The notes beneath the pieces are model-generated. The model was not told where the DNA came from. It did no database searches and worked only from the letters and a program-made list of their open reading frames with translations. DNA of 64,000 nucleotides from Podarcis muralis (taxonomy: Eukaryota). Position 1 is the first letter of the stretch; every line of letters starts with the position of its first letter. Of this stretch, positions 60,601 through 64,000 are shown piece by piece. The position numbers and the translations under genes are program-made. The stretch lies in the NCBI RefSeq assembly GCF_964188315.1, contig NC_135673.1, positions 46,500,001 through 46,564,000 of the forward strand. Direction: 5' to 3'.

Positions 60601-61332
60601 GCCGGAAGGATTGCCCCAGTTGCCAGGAGGGGCTTAATTTGAGTGTATGGTTTCTACAACCTACTACTATTTGTAACACTCTGTGTGTTGGGGGGGGGGG
60701 ACACAGACAAACCCCCAGATGAAAAACAACTCTTGAGTCGAGAATTGCAAAACCAGCTTTAATACTGTGTGACTGCTTTGGCAAAATGAGGTGTAGCAGG
60801 TGATGAAAATAGCCTGGGAATGCCCCACCTCTCTGCCCCCAACCCAATCTTCTTTGAACCCTGGCTAAAGGAGAGCAGCAGTGATGATGCAGAGGTGGGG
60901 GTTGCTGGCTTCCCCCCCCCCCCAGTGGGAGGGCTCCCCATCCTTTAACCTCTGCCTGGCTAGCAAGTCAGGTAGTTGCAGTGAAAGCAGTGCCATTCTA
61001 CCTTTCTCTGTTGTGTTTAAAAGGCCCAAGAACACTCCCAATGCAGAAAGGAGGGGGCAGGAAAGAGGTGGCCCCCCCCTGGCCTGCATGGATTGCTGCT
61101 GCTGCAAACCTTTTCCTCCAAAGCACTAGCCAGGGCGGTGGAAACCAGCATGAAGTGCCGGCGAGAAACAGCAGGGAGAATTCAAAAGACGCAGACCAAT
61201 GTGCATGAGCTCTTGTCCCGCCTGCCGATGAATCCTGGGCCACAAATTTCCCTGGACCACACAGTATGGATACAAAGTGCTTCCAGGATGTAGGAAGCAC
61301 GTCAAATAATATAATATTCGGGTTTAGCATCT

Positions 61333-61338
61333 TTTATT
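61333..61338 (-). terminator. Probable polyadenylation signal of GJB1
   Basis: TTTATT on the plus strand (AATAAA on minus), ~510 nt past the stop codon. Confidence 0.6.
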
Positions 61339-61848
61339 TTTGCTTTCCTTTCTTTCTGGTGTAGGTTAGGGTGATAAAGAGCAGGAGGTGTTGGGAGGGC
61401 AAAAGGAAAAAGGGCCTGGCCAGACAAGGAAAAGGCACACAGGCCCCCCAATTCTGCAATATTTTGATCCCCAGAACGGGGCGCAGCAGGGGAGTCTTAG
61501 TGCCTACCCAATCATCCCTAGGCTGCCGAGGCCTAGTTAATCACAACCAGAGGCATATTCAACAGAGGATCTGCAGTGGGCAAATTGTGTGATTCTCGAT
61601 GTCAGAGGCCATCCTGTCCACAGGGACTGTGCCTGGAGGACATTATGTGGGCTAGCAGTAGGGAGAAAAAGGCCACGGCTGGTGGGGCATCTGGCAACGG
61701 GGAAATCGGAGGGAGCCCGGTATGAGGGCTTGACAGAGCGATGGTGATCTGACTTGGCAGGCCCACAGCCGCGGCCCCCCCTCTCCCCACCAGGCGTGCT
61801 GTGCTGTAACCAAGTTGTGAACACCCCCGCCCTCCGGTCCTGAGGCCC

Positions 61849-62685
61849 TTAGCAGGCTGAGCATCGGTCACTCTTCTCTTGTATCCCTGAGTTCCGCCGG
61901 AGAATGTCTTTGAGGGAGCCGTCCTGCTCCGTCAGCAGCTGGTTGATTTCGTTCTGCTTGTACTCAGAGAGCTTGTGGCCCAGGAAGGAGCCCTTCTTCG
62001 ACGAAGGGTTGTGGCTCTTGGATGCGCGGCGGGCGCAGGCCCTCACCAGCAGGAACACCACCTCCGTCAGGTTGAGGATGATGCAGATGCCCGAGGTGGC
62101 CAGCATGAAGACGGTGAAGACGGTCTTTTCGGTAGGGCGCGAGATGAAGCAGTCGACCGTGTTGGGGCAGGGGTACACGTCGCACTTGACCAGGCGGATC
62201 ATCTGGTACCCTGGGTAGATCATGTAGAAGATGTACATGAAGGTGCCTTCAAAGACGATGCGGAAGATCACGCTGCAGATGTACGTCCACCACAGGGACC
62301 CTGAGATGCGCATCTTGTGCTTCTTCACCTCCTCCAGGTGCTTGGGGTCTCCGTGGCCCGTCATGACCAAGAGCTTCTTCTCCTGATGCTGCTGGTATGC
62401 CACGTGCATGGCCACCAGCAAGGCCGGCGTGGTCACCAGGATGAGCTGTAGGGCCCACAGGCGGATGTGGGAGATGGGGAAGTAGTAGTCGTAGCAGACG
62501 TTCTTGCAGCCAGGCTGCTGCGTGTTGCAGGTGAAGGACGACTGCTCATCCCCCCAGACGCTCTCCGCGGCCACGACCAGCACCATGATGCGGAAGATGA
62601 ACACCACAGAGAGCCAGATGCGGCCAATGGCGGTGGAGTGGCGGTTTACACCGATCACCAGGGCATAGAAGCCTTCCCACTTCAT
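61849..62685 (-). CDS. GJB1: Gap junction beta-1 protein (connexin 32), 278 aa, single coding exon
   Basis: Starts [47 protein letters not shown], has intact Cys motifs, and ends [24 protein letters not shown]...SDRCSAC. Acceptor AG at 62699-62698, 12 nt before the ATG. Position next to ZMYM3 fits known synteny. Confidence 0.96.
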   Translation of the reverse strand: MKWEGFYALVIGVNRHSTAIGRIWLSVVFIFRIMVLVVAAESVWGDEQSSFTCNTQQPGCKNVCYDYYFPISHIRLWALQLILVTTPALLVAMHVAYQQHQEKKLLVMTGHGDPKHLEEVKKHKMRISGSLWWTYICSVIFRIVFEGTFMYIFYMIYPGYQMIRLVKCDVYPCPNTVDCFISRPTEKTVFTVFMLATSGICIILNLTEVVFLLVRACARRASKSHNPSSKKGSFLGHKLSEYKQNEINQLLTEQDGSLKDILRRNSGIQEKSDRCSAC

Positions 62686-64000
62686 TCTTCCACACTCCTG
62701 CAAGGGAAGAGGTCAGAGCCGGGTCAGAGCAGGATGTAGGCAGGTGCAGGTTCCTCCTCCTCCTCCTCCACAACCACCACCACCGTGCTGCTGGTAGGTA
62801 TACAGGTGGATGCATAACACGAGTTATGCCATAGAGGTCTATCTAGTTCAGTATTGTCTACACAGGCTGGTAGCAGCTCTCCAGGGATTTAGGAAGGGGA
62901 CATTCCCAGCTCTACTTGGAGATGTAGGGGATGGAACCTGGGGCCTCCTGTGTACAAGGGAAAAGCTTTCCTACTGAGCTACGGCACTTGACAGAAGGAC
63001 TGAAAGTGTAGGCATTGCAGATTCTCCTAAGTAATATTTTTCAGAGAAAGGCCCATTTCCCTACCTCCGTTCTGCTAAGCAAGGCAGGCGTGTATCGACT
63101 GCTCCAAAGCCGTGCTGTTGCCAGACTTCTGAAATCAAGAGTCAATGCTCCTGTGCCCACATTTATCATTTTATTTTAGGGCCTCCTTTAGTTCAGCCTT
63201 TACCTGCAAGCACTGTGGCCGAAAAAAAGCCACATTTTAACAGTGGGCGGAGCTGCAGTGCCTGACACCCAGTTTGCACAACCCCTGTTTTCAAAAGAAA
63301 GACATGTTGAGTTTAGCCCCTGGACTTGGGTCTGATGGGAATTGCTCTGACCTGCACAGTCCAATGCCTTGAAAAACAAGTGTGAAAAAGGTAATGGTGC
63401 TACTCAACAATTTTTACTCAGCATAGACCCATTGGAAGGAATGAGCATGACTGAGGTCCATTTCTTTAAACAGGTCTACTCTGACCAAAACGTAGCTGAA
63501 TGCCACCCCAGGATCCTCCAAGGAAATGCCAAGTTGCAATCCAGACACATCACAACATTTCCAACACTGTTTCAACACATCCAGTTCTAGAAGGGAACAG
63601 AGGCAATGCCAATTCTGGCTGAGACTTCTTGTACAGGCACACGGAGGCTCAAGAAACAAGTCTGCAAACAGAAGGGCTTCTTGGGGCAACAGGCAGTCAC
63701 AGAGGAGACCACTTTCAACGGCTCCCTTTCTGCTGCTGCTGCTGCAAGGCAGTCTTCAACAACTTGGATCTCTCCAGTCTTGGGCCATGCTGGGCAGGGC
63801 TGATGGGAACTGTATGCCAAAACAGCTGGAGATCACCAGGGGTGAGAGATCTTTCCCCTGCCTGCTTTTGTTGGGGGCTACATTCCCTGGGAAGGCAGCA
63901 GAATCTTTCAGGGGCTGCATGGTGGCCATGAATGGGGCCAAAGGCAAACTGTTCATAGGGGGAAAGTTAGGACCAGAGGTGCCAGCTTGCAAGGGCAATG

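Noticed and set aside
62686-62703. MQECGR extension of the GJB1 ORF
   Set aside because: The start codon is the TTG of the splice acceptor TTGCAG. The real start is the ATG at 62685.
63060-63420. Candidate GJB1 proximal promoter/first exon (donor-like CAG|GTAAAG at 63204, GC box, TTAAAA)
   Set aside because: No convincing paired SOX10 sites or canonical TATA found, and several alternative donors exist. The true first exon may lie outside the window.

Overview
Vertebrate genomic DNA from a squamate reptile, probably a lacertid lizard (inferred from Sauria-type SINEs, RTE-BovB, L2, CR1 and Penelope-type repeats). It is the block syntenic to human Xq13.1. From left to right: the 5' half of NONO (minus strand, two coding exons, continuing off the left edge); an ~18 kb transposon-rich spacer; the complete ZMYM3 gene (plus strand, 24 coding exons, ~1431 aa, all GT-AG and phase-consistent); an intact extra alpha-connexin (GJA3-like, gja2/cx39.9 type, 312 aa, minus strand) with no counterpart at this position in human; and GJB1/Cx32 (minus strand, 278 aa). 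The most notable non-genic item is a TSD-flanked 194-bp near-perfect palindrome (14576-14769) built from two inverted copies of a Penelope-like terminal repeat, each carrying a minimal hammerhead-ribozyme core. Most short ORFs in the supplied track are chance or antisense frames. All family and orthology calls come from reading the sequence and recalled knowledge; no database searches were run.
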